A stretch of 63,984 bases of DNA, counting the filler, from Cladosporium halotolerans (taxonomy: Eukaryota): the NCBI RefSeq assembly GCF_011745625.1. It is 5 parts of 5 records of this genome, joined end to end, with 100 filler letters (N's around TTAATTAATTAA, not from the genome) between each part and the next. Parts side by side here need not be neighbours in the genome. Positions count along the whole stretch, not along the records: positions 15,769 to 31,213 come from NW_027191561.1; positions 31,314 to 46,164 come from NW_027191562.1; 3 more parts are not named here. One strand, given 5' to 3'. Shown here piece by piece: positions 23,759 through 36,843 of the stretch (position 1 is the stretch's first letter; every line of letters starts with the position of its first letter). The translations under genes were made by a program, and so were the position numbers. The notes beneath the pieces were generated by a model that searched no databases, was not told the origin of the DNA, and saw only the letters and a program-made list of their open reading frames with translations.

Positions 23759-24339
23759 TGGCATAGGATCCCAGCCAATGAATTTAATGCGATTCATCAG
23801 TACCCTGCGCATACCAGTACCCCGCGCACTTTCCGACGTGACATGGCTTCTACAGCCGATAACCCACGCAGCATCGCTCAAATACCTTCGACCCTCGCCT
23901 CTCATCTGCTCTCAAGCGCGGATCATCGGGACAACGGTGGCGGTATGGGCAGGAGAATCCCGGTGAGCATCGGCGCATATCAACATGCCCACCACGAAAA
24001 GCGCTTGGTAATCAAGCCTTAGCCGATGGGGTTGTCGCAAATATGGACGATCGGTGAGGATGAGACTGGTGGGTGCATTCCAGTTATACATAATCTGCTT
24101 TTTCTGCTATTGCGATAGCCTCATGGGTACTCACGCTTGTCATCAGCTATCACTGGAACAGAGTGGCATCTTTTGGCTTCCGCCCCACACCGACACCAAT
24201 TACACTTGGATTCTCGTTGGACCTGTACCGACCATACAGACTGCTCTCGAGAACAGATTCGCATTGCAGAAACAGAACGGCTCGATTTATAAGGAAGTAC
24301 AGCATCATGACTGGACAAGCACTATTAGCGGCTACGAGC

Positions 24340-24825
24340 AGCAACAGCGGAAAGACCAGCATATCACAGTATGACAGCTTACGGTCAGTTTTCAAATGTC
24401 TGACGTGTAGTTAACCGAGCTAAGTTAACACTAAGACAGCCCGATATGCTCCCTGCACCCAGAATGCGTTGATGACGCTGAAGAAGGCGAGCGCGAATGG
24501 TCAACTCTATGCCGCAAGTACGAAAAGCTTGACCGAGAGTGCGAGGAGGCGCGAGCTGTTCAACCTCGTTCGGTCCAGCACGGAGGCCCAATCGCACGAA
24601 ATCTACCGCTGCATACGAGCCAACAATTGCGGCAGCGACATTGGGGCCTTGCTCTACCACATTATATATACGATCATCGATAGGAATTACCTGCAGCAGC
24701 GACAGCGACGGCATAGCCCCTTCCCGCAAGTAGGCATCCGACTATCACTCCCGAAATTGTTGCAGAGCTCCCGCCTTCCTCTCCCATGGTTTGGTGACTC
24801 TACGATGCAACAGCCACACCTATGA
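24340..24825 (+). pseudogene. Decayed short Zn2Cys6-type factor (linker and coiled-coil part)
   Basis: CVDDAEEGEREWSTLCRKYEKLDRECEEAR/LFNLVRSSTEAQSHEIYRCIRAN parallels the post-cluster region of the 215-859 gene. It is frameshifted and the Cys cluster is mostly lost. Confidence 0.5.
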
Positions 24826-26209
24826 CAGCTTCTTGATGCACGACTAGGGCACCGATACCCGACGCTGGCGTCCGTAACGTTGATCAAGTCATACTCTTCT
24901 GCATCTGCTCACGATGTGCAGGCTCAATTTCCGACCTCGCCACGAGAGCAAGGTCTTACTTAGGGCTCGTTGTGTGCTTTCGCACAGCTTCAGTGTTCCG
25001 GGGCTGTGATACGAGATTGGGGAACAAATATTTCAAAGTCAACACTACAGATGTTTCACGCGATGACGGAGGGTGAACAAGCGGTATCGGAAGGCAAGAT
25101 GATTAATGGGTACAATGATAACCTGGGGGCCTAGCATCACTATGTGCCGAAGTGAGGATCCTCTGCAAAGACTGAACTAGCGTATATGGAGATGGTCGTT
25201 GCCTTAGCTTGTGAATGAGGGTAATCCAACTCTATCTAGCGATCAACATTCATCGCCGTGTGCCTCGTGTCATCCGTTGTACAAGCCTAAAACACTGTGT
25301 ACACCTGAACGCCGCGGGTGAACGCGATCGAGCCAGCTCTCGTCTGTATTTCGTTCTGTTTGTAGTCGTATTGTGTTAAAGCTATCTACCATATCACAAG
25401 CCTGGCTGCTTTAACACATGTTCTAGGTCTTCTATCTGTGCTCCTGCGTTGATGTCAATCATGCAACCTGGCTCGCCGTCCTGACTTCGTCAAGTCCCCT
25501 ACTGCTGACCCTTTCCTCTCCTCCCCTCTCCTCATTGTTGCATTTGTGCCAACTCCGGTACCAAAAAATTGTGCGTACCAAACCAAAGCGTCGGTCCTGC
25601 TGAACGACCACTCATCGAGGCCTTGCTGATGGAGGTAGACGTGTACGTCTGCGAACAAGCACCCGCGTGCTCCAATGCGGTACACCGCCAAATCGCGGTG
25701 CGCTCCGGGCACGGCTTCCGTCTTGGCCTCCATTGTCACTGCGAGTGGGCGGGTCGCTCTCGTGCTCAGCTTGAGGTTGAGTGCGTTTTGTGGCCCAATT
25801 AGCCGAAACCAGATTGAGGCTGTCCCATTGACCTTGACTTAGAGTACGAGGATTCTCTCAACTTCGGCGGTCCAGACCGCACGTCCGATATCATTCCCCA
25901 GCGGGGCGAAGATGAAAGGACTGGGTCCTGTGGCCTCATGCAGTGCGGTGGTCGTCGAGTATCGATTGGACTCCAAGGGATGACTTTTCTGGTCTGTCGG
26001 GTGTTCTCTCGTTCTGACCTGAGACGTTGGTCCTTGGGCGTAACCGCTGAGAGCCTGAAGTCACGCGCAGATTCTACCGTGTACGTTTGGAAAGAGTAGC
26101 AATGAGTTCGAGGAAGCGTGGGATGCCCCCTTCCTTTGCCATATCCTTTTGCTGCAAGTCCGGCGCAGCCACTGACCTGCTGCATTGGTCTTCAGCGATC
26201 CCGCGTAAG

Positions 26210-28813
26210 CATAGTGGTCTGAATTTGAATTGGATTCAACAGGGATAATGAATATTCATATGAATCTGAATCTGGATTCTGGTGTCTGAATATTCAACAT
26301 ACATTCAGATTATTCAGATTATTTTCAGGGTTAGGGTTGGAGTTCCAGCCTCACGGGTCATTCATAGGCTCTCGCAAGAATAATCCGGGGCCCCGCAAGC
26401 GTTGCGAGTCTGCCGCTTACCGTATCAGGTAGGGCGTGCTCCCGCAATTCCAGCATGCATGACTTTTCAGGGGACTTAGTATCCAACTGCCGCTGCTCTG
26501 TGACGTCCGAAATGGATGCAGGAGCTGCAACGTCGATCGCCGACGGTGAATGGCTTTACCAAGCCCGCGCTTCGTCCTCCACTCCGCGAACGTCAAGCAT
26601 CGATGCCGAAAGAGATTCGACATCTGGCTCGTTCGATCTCTGAAGCGCAAGCGATCATCATGCCCGAACACCAAGGGAGTCCACCCAGCCTGGACGTACG
26701 CTCGCGTGCGTCTACCCCACGAACCTGAGCGCAACCGGCATTACCAAAAGCTCTTTTACTGCAAGCAATGCGACTACTGTCAAACCGATACAGAACGCTG
26801 AACAGCATCTCCGCTCCAGCCACGGCGTGCGCCTACAGCGAATCACAGCGTCACCGATTCTCGACGCCCTACAAAGACAGAAAGAGGAGGGCGAGTTGCT
26901 GAGTCGCACTGCGCAAGAAAAGTTGCTGCTCAATGTTCTGAATAAACGCCGTTTCCGGGACGCTCTGGCGCGCTTCATCGTGCGTGCGAACGTCAGTCAC
27001 CGCGTAGTGGAGCTCGACGAGTTTGAGGAGCTTTGCAGAGCCCTGAACCCGCAGTGCGCGCAAACACTGTTGAAGTCGCATACATCTATACCGCGACGGA
27101 TACATTTCAACTACGAGCGGCAGCGCCGCGTTGTGGCACGGGCATTGCAGTCTTCTGCGTCACGTATCAACATTTGCACGGATAGCTGGACGAGCGGCGT
27201 CAACCATCAGGGCGAGTTCCAGTCTATCTTTGCCAGGTTTGTGAGTGGAGACGGCAAGCTTCAGCATGCGCTTCTCGCCATGCCTGACCTCCACCACGGA
27301 CACGCCGGCGAGCTGGTGGCTCCTTTTTTCATGAATGCCCTCGAATCGTATGGAGTCGAGAAGCGCTTGGGCTACGTCACTGCAGACAACGCGAGTGCCA
27401 ATGATATACTATGCCGGGCGATAGAAGAATCCTTGTCGAGCCGTCATGGCATTGATTGGAACGCGAGACAGAATCGACTGCGCTGTCTCGGTCACGTTCT
27501 CAATATCGCCGTGCAAGCCTTTCTCTTCTGTCGCAACGAGGAAGCTTTTGGGATGGCTACACAGCGGATACTCAACTCCGGCTCGGTTATCAGGGATGCG
27601 GTAGTCGGCGAGGGGGGCTTCGCGAGTCACGGCCCGCTGAACAAGGTGTATCGGCTTGCCGTCGCAGTGCGCAACTTGGCTCTGCACAAAGAGTTCAAGG
27701 ATCTTGCGGGGAAAGTGCTGAAGCTACCTGGTGAGACCAGGTGGAACGCCTGGTACACGCTTCTTGCTGACGCAATAGAATGTCGCGACGCTATTGCAAG
27801 GATGATAGACCGCCACGTCCAGCTAGAAGCTTTCAAGCGTAGCCGTGACGAGTGGCAAACCCTCCAGGACGCATCCGGCTTCCTTCAACCGTTTTACCAG
27901 GTCACGATGTTGAGCCAAGGTGATCAAGCCACGTTCGACAGCTTCCAGGTGCAGATCGATTTCCTGATAAAGCACTACGAGGACAGCGAACGCAGGTTCA
28001 CTTCTAAAGCAGCACTGCTTGCTGCATTCAACAAGTACTACGAGCTGTCAGATGATGTGCCGGTGCACGCGGCAGCTGTTCTGCTCCATCCCGGCTATCG
28101 GAAAGCGTACATGGACAAAGTCTGGAAGCGATGCTGGATCAAGCCCGGCATCGAGAGAGCGAAGAAGCTTTTCGAGACTCGCTATCGACAAAGTGCAATG
28201 AAGTCTCCCGCTTCTGACGCAGTGGAGCAGAATGGGGCTCAGACGGCATGGGATTTTCATCGTAACAGATTATTGCAGTCTCTCACATCCCAGAGCCAAG
28301 ACGGATTTACCGCCTTCATCAACGCCACGCCTACGAAGATTGCAGGGAGTCCCATCGAATGGTGGAGCCAGCCTGATCAGAAAGCCGCCTACCCACAGCT
28401 GTGGCAAATGGCGATCGATTGCTTGAGTGCGGTGCCGATGAGCGCTGCTAGCGAGTCAAGCTTCAGCGGGATGAGGAGAACAATTACCTGGTCACGTAGC
28501 CAACTAGGCGGGCAAGTCATTGAAGAGGGAGAATGCTTGAAGGATTGGCAGTGCCGTGGCTATGCTTGCCAAATCGATGACGGATACGATTCAGATAGCT
28601 CTAGCAACGAGGATTCGCTCGCGCCCGTCGAAGGATGGATCTGAGGTGAATAGATCATTGTAAGTCAGCGACTTCACTCACATCTACATATGCCAAGACT
28701 TGCCAAGAAATGACGTCTTGAATAAAATCTGAATACTGGATAATGGGTATCTGAATTGAATTGAATCTGAATACGAGTTTCTGAATCTGAATATTCAGAT
28801 TCAGATCACTATG
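26210..28813 (+). mobile_element. hAT DNA transposon, full length
   Basis: TIRs CATAGTGGTCTGAAT / ATTCAGATCACTATG (14/15). Dense subterminal TCTGAA/TTCAGA repeats at both ends. No 8-bp TSD is visible. Confidence 0.92.
26512..28644 (+). pseudogene. hAT transposase with frameshifts in the 5' part and BED finger
   Basis: CTDSWTS, VTADNASAND, RCLGHVLNIAVQ, ETRWNAWY and SAASESSFSG lie in the 605-aa ORF. The BED finger is split between frames (FYCKQC.. / HLRSSHG). Confidence 0.9.
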
Positions 28814-31213
28814 GGTGTTAATGCTTTCCCCGTGCGTTTGGTCTATTACATATATGCAGAAACACCGCTTCCCAATATCAGTGAATTTGCAACCTGCCAA
28901 TTTCTTTCGCGTGTTTTCTCGACCCGGCTCACGCGTTTTACACGCTTGCGTTACTATGATCTGTCCGCGCGTATTTCGCTCATCTTGACCCGATGGATGC
29001 ATGCAGCAGCTGTGTCACAGAGATCAGCTTACCTATTACGGAACCGGCTGCCGCACTTGGAAGACTGCAGCAATACCTACCGTCCAGCCCCTACACTTAC
29101 GGCGCCTTTTACACATCGATATCAACCTCGACGGCCTTCGCTCCCTCATCAGGCGTCAGATCTGCCAGCACCGATCAAAATCCGAACGGGCAGTTGGGTC
29201 CACTCTCAGCATCGTTGCTGCTTCTGAAAGCCGAATTCAAGTGGCGTCTAGGCAGCACGCAGGAGGAGAAGCATCGCCGCCATCGTCGTGGGGATAAGGA
29301 CAGCTCCTCGGACGCCCTTCTTACCACGCACGTGATCTCGGTCGTTTTATGGCTGTGGGTCGCCCCATGGTAAGTCCTCAATGTAAGTATGGCAGGACCT
29401 CACACAGTCTTTCACCCCTTGGTCCGTTGGCGTCGAGTCTCTGAATAGCCTTTCAAACTCGGCAGCATTCATTATCCGACTCAACTACCGCAGCCCTGAC
29501 CCCTGCGTGTCTGGGCATGCCGCTGCTCAGTTTCTCCAGACCAGCTCGATCCGAATGCGTTCAGGCCGGCTCGCGGAGGAATGGTACCATGTCAGCCGCA
29601 AACATTCGGCCGGTACAGCTGGCTGCTCACAACAAGTATGCATTCTGAGCTCCGACGCAACCGTATATCTGAACAATGCAAAGGCTGCGGTCAAAGAATG
29701 TCTGGACACCGTGACAATCCACACACCTTTGGGGCGTAACATCGGAGTATATAGACTCGAGGGCTCTTTGGTGTGTCACAGCATAGAGGCGCCGGAGTCG
29801 GCACAGTCCTGGCGCTCTGCTTTTCCGGCTATCTCCAAGCCTTTAACGGCTGGGCGAGCAGGCCTTGCTGCTAAGCGGCCAAACGAGACCGCGTACGCGA
29901 AGACTTATTACTCCGCACGATTGGATAAAGGCGTGAGTACAAGTTTGGGATGATCTTTCGATTACTGCCACCTCCACGTAAAAGGGCAGAGTTGAACGGT
30001 AAGGTCGAGGCCGGGCAGAGGATTGTACAGGATAGTAGGCCGAACTAGGCACGCAAGGCATGGAGCCTCGGGAATGCTTCTAATCTCAACTTCACTATGG
30101 AAGAGGACAGATTACACATTCGGTTGAACAATATGATAGACAGCTGTTCAGGCAGGAAGTTGTGTAGAAGGCAAATCTGAGGTTGAAGTAGAAGATCAGT
30201 CTATGTGGGCAATGACTATACACTTGGTACAAATTTAAAGCGAAAGCACTTAGCTTGGGAGAGCTGGTCAATTCTGTATGCTTCCGTTTCAGCAGAAGAC
30301 AGCCAGACTTGGTTTGCGAGTAGAATATTACCAAAATATTGAAGCCGGATTTCAAGCAGGGATAGAAACCAAGACGGCAGACGGAGATCCCATACCTTGC
30401 TGTGGTGCCCGGTGTGAGTGGCTATCTACGCAGTAAAACCAAGTGTGCTACAGGACAGCTAGAAATGCGACGAGCCCACGTGGCGGTCTCGCACAAAGTC
30501 ATCACTTGGCGACCTCTACCCATCTACACGGTCCGACAGGAAACCCCTGGCACAACACGACCAAAGCCTGCATGCACCGCGCCCCAGCAGGCAACACGCC
30601 CTGGCCGCCGCCCAATTGATAGTCGGCGAGGCTGCCGATTGGCCCCGAGCCTTTCCCACACACCTCCAGCCCTAGAGTTCACTGATGGAGGTCCCTCCAG
30701 TAGCATGGCCCCCAGCAAGGCGCTAGAGATGTTGCAGGTCTGCTGTTGCCGAACCCAGAGAGCCCAGAGGCGGTGGTCTCTTGCGCACAGGTAAGAAAAG
30801 TGGTGTCGCTAGAGGACATCGAAGATCGGCAGCGCCACGTTCGCCACTGGTTTCCGTATACCGCTCAGACGTGCAGACGTGCATTCATTTGATAGACCAT
30901 GAATCAACTCTCCCACTTTACCTTTGTTCAAGATAGGATGTGCGCGGGGTGCTGTGATGCATGGGTTACACGTTACAGGCGGTGAAAGTCGGTATGGGGA
31001 ATCGGCGCTCGGAATCGGCGATTGATAAAACTCCAGTAATGAACCGACGAATCACATCATGGGGACTGGGATTTCCACGCGCACGAATCGACGATATCGA
31101 TGGCCACAAAATTTTGTTCTTGGGGAGCCCGTGGTATGATGCTAAACTGAAGGATAGCCTTCTGCTCGCACAGGGTATTCAGCGCTCGATCACAGGCATA
31201 TCCGAGAACATAC

Positions 31214-31313
31214 NNNNNNNNNNNNNNNNNNNNNNNNNNNNNNNNNNNNNNNNNNNNTTAATTAATTAANNNNNNNNNNNNNNNNNNNNNNNNNNNNNNN
31301 NNNNNNNNNNNNN
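31214..31313. other. Artificial contig linker
   Basis: N-TTAATTAATTAA-N, 100 bp. Confidence 0.99.
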
Positions 31314-31410
31314 TGATTGCTGATTGATTTCTGATTGAGCGCCCACCTGACTGATTTGATTCCTGATTGAGCTTCACCTGATTCTGAATATTCAAGATTC
31401 AAGATCTATG
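31314..31410. mobile_element. Terminus of a second hAT-like family cut by the contig start
   Basis: CTGATT subterminal repeats end TCAAGATTCAAGATCTATG (TIR CATAGATCTTGAATCTTGA). The same 19-mer ends at 46361. Confidence 0.75.
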
Positions 31411-31799
31411 GTTGCGTCCAAAAGCGTGAAGACAGCCTGTTGCGTGCGGGTCAAGGCTGCGCCCGTAATCGCGGAGAAAGGTTTCGATTTGCGATCTTCG
31501 TGATTGAAGCCGAAGAGCTTGCTTGAGGCAATCGATGGGCAGATTGGCCGGTGGAGCAGATGCGCGTGGCTTGCTCGATGTAGCAGAGTAAGCGAAACGG
31601 GAGCATTGAGTCGAATGCGCGATCGATCCGTGAATACCGACGAGCGCAGTTTGTGCATGTAGAGTGTCGTCGGAAGTAGACTGCTTGTTGGACAGCAAAG
31701 AGTCTCGAAGGGTAGCGTTGGAAGACGATCGTTTGCCAGAATACTCGCACTCCATTAACACGTTACAATGCCTTTCAGAACACCTGCTTCGCCAAGGGA

Positions 31800-32200
31800 T
31801 TTAGAGTAAGAAGTTTAGTTTAAGAGCTACAAAGCGAGAAAAGAACGAGAAATATTGAGAAAAATACACATATACTTTCGAATCGAGGTATATTCGCTAT
31901 TTCATTAGGCCGTTAGAGCTATAGTAAGCATATCTTTAGTATGAGAAGGTGTGGAAGAAGAAAAAGAGAAAATAAATTTATAAAAACTTAATAATAATAA
32001 GATAAGTATAAAAGACTATCCTACTTCTAGTATTATCCTACTTCTCCTACTGTAGTATTATAGCGCTACTAAGATTAAAGATACTCTTCTCTTTAAAGAG
32101 TTTTAGTTTCATGAGTAGGACTTTAGAATTGCAATATGATTCTCTATAGAACACTCGAGTAGAGACTATTCTTATTAATCGTAGCATGTTTCTCGATAGA
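31800..32200. repeat. AT-rich RIP-degraded repeat relic
   Basis: Abrupt AT and TpA enrichment compared with the flanks. The family cannot be identified. Confidence 0.6.
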
Positions 32201-32202
32201 TA

Positions 32203-34305
32203 TTAGGCTGCGTGGCTTATACGACTAGCGAATTCCGATGGAACACTATCTAGTTGACTCGGACTGCGAATCCCTGGCATCTCGTGTAGGATTTCCACCT
32301 CATTATCGCGCTGGGGATCTGGCGGAGGTGGATAATAAGTCTGTCGGTGGTCTGGCTGCACGGGCTGGACCAACGCTTGCGGTATAGCGGTCTGCCACTT
32401 GCTTTCCTGTGAGCTTGGAGGGAAACCTTGAAACCACGGAGGTGGCGGAGAAAATCGAGGCGGCAAAGAGCTCTCACTTGTAACACTTGGTGCACTCCGA
32501 GTGTGGTCGTATCCCGCGATGGTACCATTGAACGGAGAGATGGAAGTCATCTGCTGGCTTGTCGGTGTCGGTGCGCGTTGGCCCAAGGCATGTCGCTTTC
32601 TCCTGCTGATGCAGCAGTATGCCACTGCTACGATTAAGGCGATGAGGACGACACCTCCTGCAGCAGCGCCACCGGCAACGGCACCTACATTGATTGTGCC
32701 ACTGTCGCTCGGCACAGCGCTTGTCTTTGTCGGTGTCGCTGTCGACGGCAAAGACCGTGTAGGAGAGCGGACTACCGCCGTATAGGATCTCTGAAAGTAG
32801 ACAGATAGGACGGATGTCGCCCATCCTTTCGCAGGTGAAGTCACCGTGGCACTTCCAAAAGGTCTTACTTGATGTCAGCGCGAGGCTGAACAAGTTGGTT
32901 GTCGGCACTTACCCTCCGCCAATCACTGCTGTGATAGCTGGTGGTACCTGATAAGCTGTCTTGGTTGGTAGCGGTGCAAGCCACGGAGTAGTCTCACCCG
33001 CTAGATCTAGCTGCAGCGCGTGTTGGTTTGCTATTGCGGGTTCGTCGCATGGCAAGCTAGAGTTGTGCTCTGCTATGCCGCCTACAACTAACATCTGTGA
33101 GTCGTATAAAACATTGCAGGAAGTCATGCCTTTGCCCTGCCAGGATGCATCCTGAGTCACATTTGGATATACCTGACACCCGTTAGCTTTCTGGAGACCT
33201 GTACTGCATATGATACCTGTCCACGTACGAGGACCCATTGGAAAGATGGTATTGACAAAGTGTAAGCTTCTTGCCAACCTTCCCCGAACTCGTCAAGGCC
33301 GCCGTAAAAATAGCTGGACCTTGTCAGCCCGTCCCTTCGTATCAGCGGATGTACTCACATGTTGTAAGATGACTGATCCTTAGACCAGGCTACACCGGCA
33401 CAAAATTTGCGACGTGGCCGTGGAATGGCTCCGGTACTCGACTGGGTATACCATAACTCTGCTCCAATGTCGAAAAGATGTATCTGGTCCATCGGAGCCA
33501 TGGTAGAAGTACCATTAGGTTCCAGCTCAAGGCCACCAAAGTACACGAGCATGCCTTGATCTGATGCCGGTATATACAGCAGCACACCCTCGGCCCTTGC
33601 CGGATAGCCATTGGTGGTGTTGTTCGTCCACGAGTTCTCGAGCATGTCGTACTTCAGCATTCTGTCTGACGCCCGAGGGGGACCTGTCCAACCCGGAACG
33701 CTAGCATTGCCAAGCCACCCACCAAGATAATACGACCACCCGCGATCTTGCACTGTCACACCGGCACCGTAGTATGCTCCATTTATTTCGCTCGGTGTAC
33801 CTTCGACGGATGACCAATTATTTGTGATGATGTCGTATTTCCAAAGATTGAAAGGATACGGGCGCTCGTTCTCTTGGTACCGCCCACCATAGAGGTAGAA
33901 GACCTTGTTGACGCTATCTGGCCAAAGTGTGCCCCCTTCAAGGGAGGGAACGAAGTCGGGTTTTGACAGATTATTGTACTGGACTGGAAAGTTCCTAGAA
34001 AATCCGGCACTGTCGACGAAGTCTTCGTACATGAGTTTGGTATCTGAAGATTTGTCAGCTCTGTGCCTGGGAATTTCAGGAACCGACTCCATGATACTGC
34101 TCTGCTTGATATTACTCTCAAAATCGGGTCCTGGGCTGATCCGACCCCCATCCAGGTAGAGTCTGTCGTCGATCACGCACGTCTGATGGCCCCAACGGCG
34201 ACACAGATTCTGAACCTCGACGTCGTTGGCTTGCTGGAGAGAGAGAGATAAATAGCTCAATAGAGCTGACAATCCTCCTAGAACAACAAGTCGCATATGC
34301 AACAT
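32203..34305 (-). CDS. Secreted kelch-repeat / beta-propeller single-pass membrane protein, multi-exon
   Basis: Signal peptide, CRRWGHQTCVIDDRLYLDGG, FYLYGG, YYLGGW, LVYFGG and PRPRRKFCAG. TM segment GAVAGGAAAGGVVLIALIVAVAY followed by RRKR. Introns at ~32849-32912, ~33290-33358 and probably ~34047-34095. Confidence 0.88.
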
Positions 34306-35149
34306 CTTTTGGATTTAAAAGAGATGAAAGAAACTGGATACTTTTTTCTTTCGACCGACTACGATGGCAACACCGATTAAGAGTCAGTCGAGGACATCAA
34401 AGGAATATATGATACATTACGGCTGGGAGCATCGCGATCTCTGTCAGACTTCAGGCCCACAGTAGCTTGCTTTCTGCGTTGATCATACGAAATCACACCA
34501 CGATGATAGCGTTATACTGATGGTACTTGGTAGCAATACTGTCACGAGAGGGAGGATTCAGCCCACTATGTGTTCGAAGGTCATACCATGTCTATTGCCA
34601 CCAAGTGATACGATAGGTTGGCGAGGGATGAAATTGATTTACATCGTCCAAGTCTCGTACCATACTTGACTTTGCTAGTTTTGATCGGTTTGTTCGACAT
34701 TTGTGTAGGTGCATCATCCCGTGCTAAAGCGCATGAGTCGGAGCACGTAGCATTTTTGCCGATGTTTGCTCTGCTAGTCTGCGACCGGAGTTGGTGCGGC
34801 GTCGATGGCTCTGTCTCCAAAGCTGGGCGCTGAACCTGCTTGCTACCCGTGACAAGTAGGCTTGATGACAGGGACACGGCTAGAATTTGGCGATGGATGC
34901 TTGGCTAAAGAACTTAAGTACTTGCACTACAAAATTCTATCAGCCGTTATCCTACGAAATGAGTACCAATGTATAGTATCACCCTATATTTCATGCAGTC
35001 AGAATCGCTAGTACGATCCTGGCAGCATCTGGTTAGGTGATGATCATGCGCCACGCTGGCTCAGCTGACGCTTAGATGAGCCTCAGCTGGATGCTATCTA
35101 TCGACTGATTATGGCGATAGCTACATTTTTACATTGGAAGTACCTGAAT

Positions 35150-36136
35150 TCCGTCAATCCTAGAAGTGTTTCGTAGCCAAGCTCCTTTTATTGAAGGAAT
35201 GGAATGATCTAAGATCTGCGACAGCGAGCGCTTTTGGAATCCATTCGAATTGCACCATTCACCGCATGTCGAGTAGGTACAAGCACCACTCGTGCGTGTA
35301 GATGTATCCGTCGAATCCTTCCGCGTACTCTGCCAGTCTGATGTTCGATCTGAAGGAGACGAGGCCAGAGCTGACATAGAGTGCTCTGAGGTGGCGCCTC
35401 CAGTCTTTGGTGACATCGACAGATTTTGGTGTAGGAACTCGGTTGACGCGGATATTGAAGAGAGCAGCGACCGCGACGAAGGTGAGGAAGATCAAGATCT
35501 GCATGACGAGACCCGCGATCACGATGCCGGTGCCAAACGATTGGCCTGCTGCAGACAGCCCACCTCCTGGTGATCTGCTAGCAAATGGCTCGTGTCAGAC
35601 TCATATCGCAAGATGTTACCTCCAGACTGCGCGAGGAGACAAACGATGTCGCCAGTGACGTGAACTTTTGTAATCTTGCTGCTGCTGATGATGATGAAGT
35701 GGGGCTCGCCATTAGTCAATCGTATGATGCGACCTAGCTCCATGTATATGCTTGCGGCCATCAGGGTTGGGGCGAGCAAGATCCAGGTGGACTGGATAGC
35801 ATATGCCATCAGCCGGTAATCAGGTGCCTGTACCGCTGATGCCGTTCGCTAAACTCATCTTCATCATGGCTTTTGAGAGATAATGGCAGACATTCGAGCT
35901 TACTGCGCAATAGCCGACTACTTCCACTGCGAAGGATGTCAATTAAGTTCTGGGCGTCAAACAACTTGATCTACTTACTGAACACCCCAATCAACCATGG
36001 TATCCAGAATCTAGTACGTGTGCGAATAAGCTGCCAGAGGTGGATCACAAAGAGCACATTCCAACTAGCAAAGCAAACACAGCCCCCCTGCCTTGCTAGG
36101 CGTGTAGTGATAGTATTTGAAGCCGGTAGGCGCCAT
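35150..36136 (-). pseudogene. RTA1-like 7-TM protein, frameshifted
   Basis: YYHYTPSKAG, YAIQSTWILLAPTLMAASIYMELGRII, VTGDIVCLLAQSGG, GLVMQILIF and RS.IRLAEYAEGFDGYIYTHEW.LYLLD. An early stop follows a G-run frameshift in exon 1. Confidence 0.85.
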
Positions 36137-36843
36137 GAGCGCGAGACTTTTTTTATGAGAGTGTGGAGATGTCAGGTCGGTAGCATAACTCAGAAGAAGT
36201 GATGTAATGATGGAAGGATACTTATTCGTGTGGAAGGCAGGTGAGATCTGAGAAGGAACACCAACAATCCTCCCGTAGGCGTGCATAGCCACAGCTATTC
36301 ATGGAAGCATTCGCGACAAGATCGGATCGTTCCCGTCGATTCATGTGTAGACCCATAGAGGTGCGGGTGAGGAAATTGAGTAGGGCTGCAAACTACGAAA
36401 AAAGACGAGCCGTTGCCAGATTGAGCCCAAGTACGCGTATCGGGGGAACACGCGTATAGGCGAGGCTCATTCCCAACCGCTCAATCCTCAATTATCCAGC
36501 ATTGACCTGGTGACTTGCGCATATATTACGTCTGCCTTTTCATACGAGCCGTGCGCGCTAAATACCCCGGACCTGATGGCTGCTGGCTGCTACTGATACC
36601 TTACGTTAGATACGCGTATAGCGGATACGATCGTTTCCGCGCAGCCTCAACTTGATAACCCTGTACTGGGACCCACAAAGCGCTAGTTGCGAGTTCTGAA
36701 TTCGCCCCTATCTCAATACTTCACATGACTCGATTGCTGCATTGCAGATCCAGTGTGACCTATATATTTCGAGGGTCTACAATCAATGATTCACACTGCC
36801 GCTCCATAAATTCTTTGATCTTCACTCACTCTGTATCATCACT

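Larger units (their letters stand above)
23787..30973. mobile_element. Putative non-autonomous pogo-type cargo element (~4.6 kb plus a nested hAT)
   Basis: Left terminus TA+23787-23834 is 43/48 identical to the TIR at 60549-60596. A degenerate inverted partner GTGCGCGGGGT...ACACGT+TA lies at 30940-30975. The pairing is inferred. Confidence 0.5.

Noticed and set aside
30095..30355. Cys-rich ORF end (CLNSCLSYCSTECVICP) as a small effector
   Set aside because: No signal peptide or consistent exon chain could be built.
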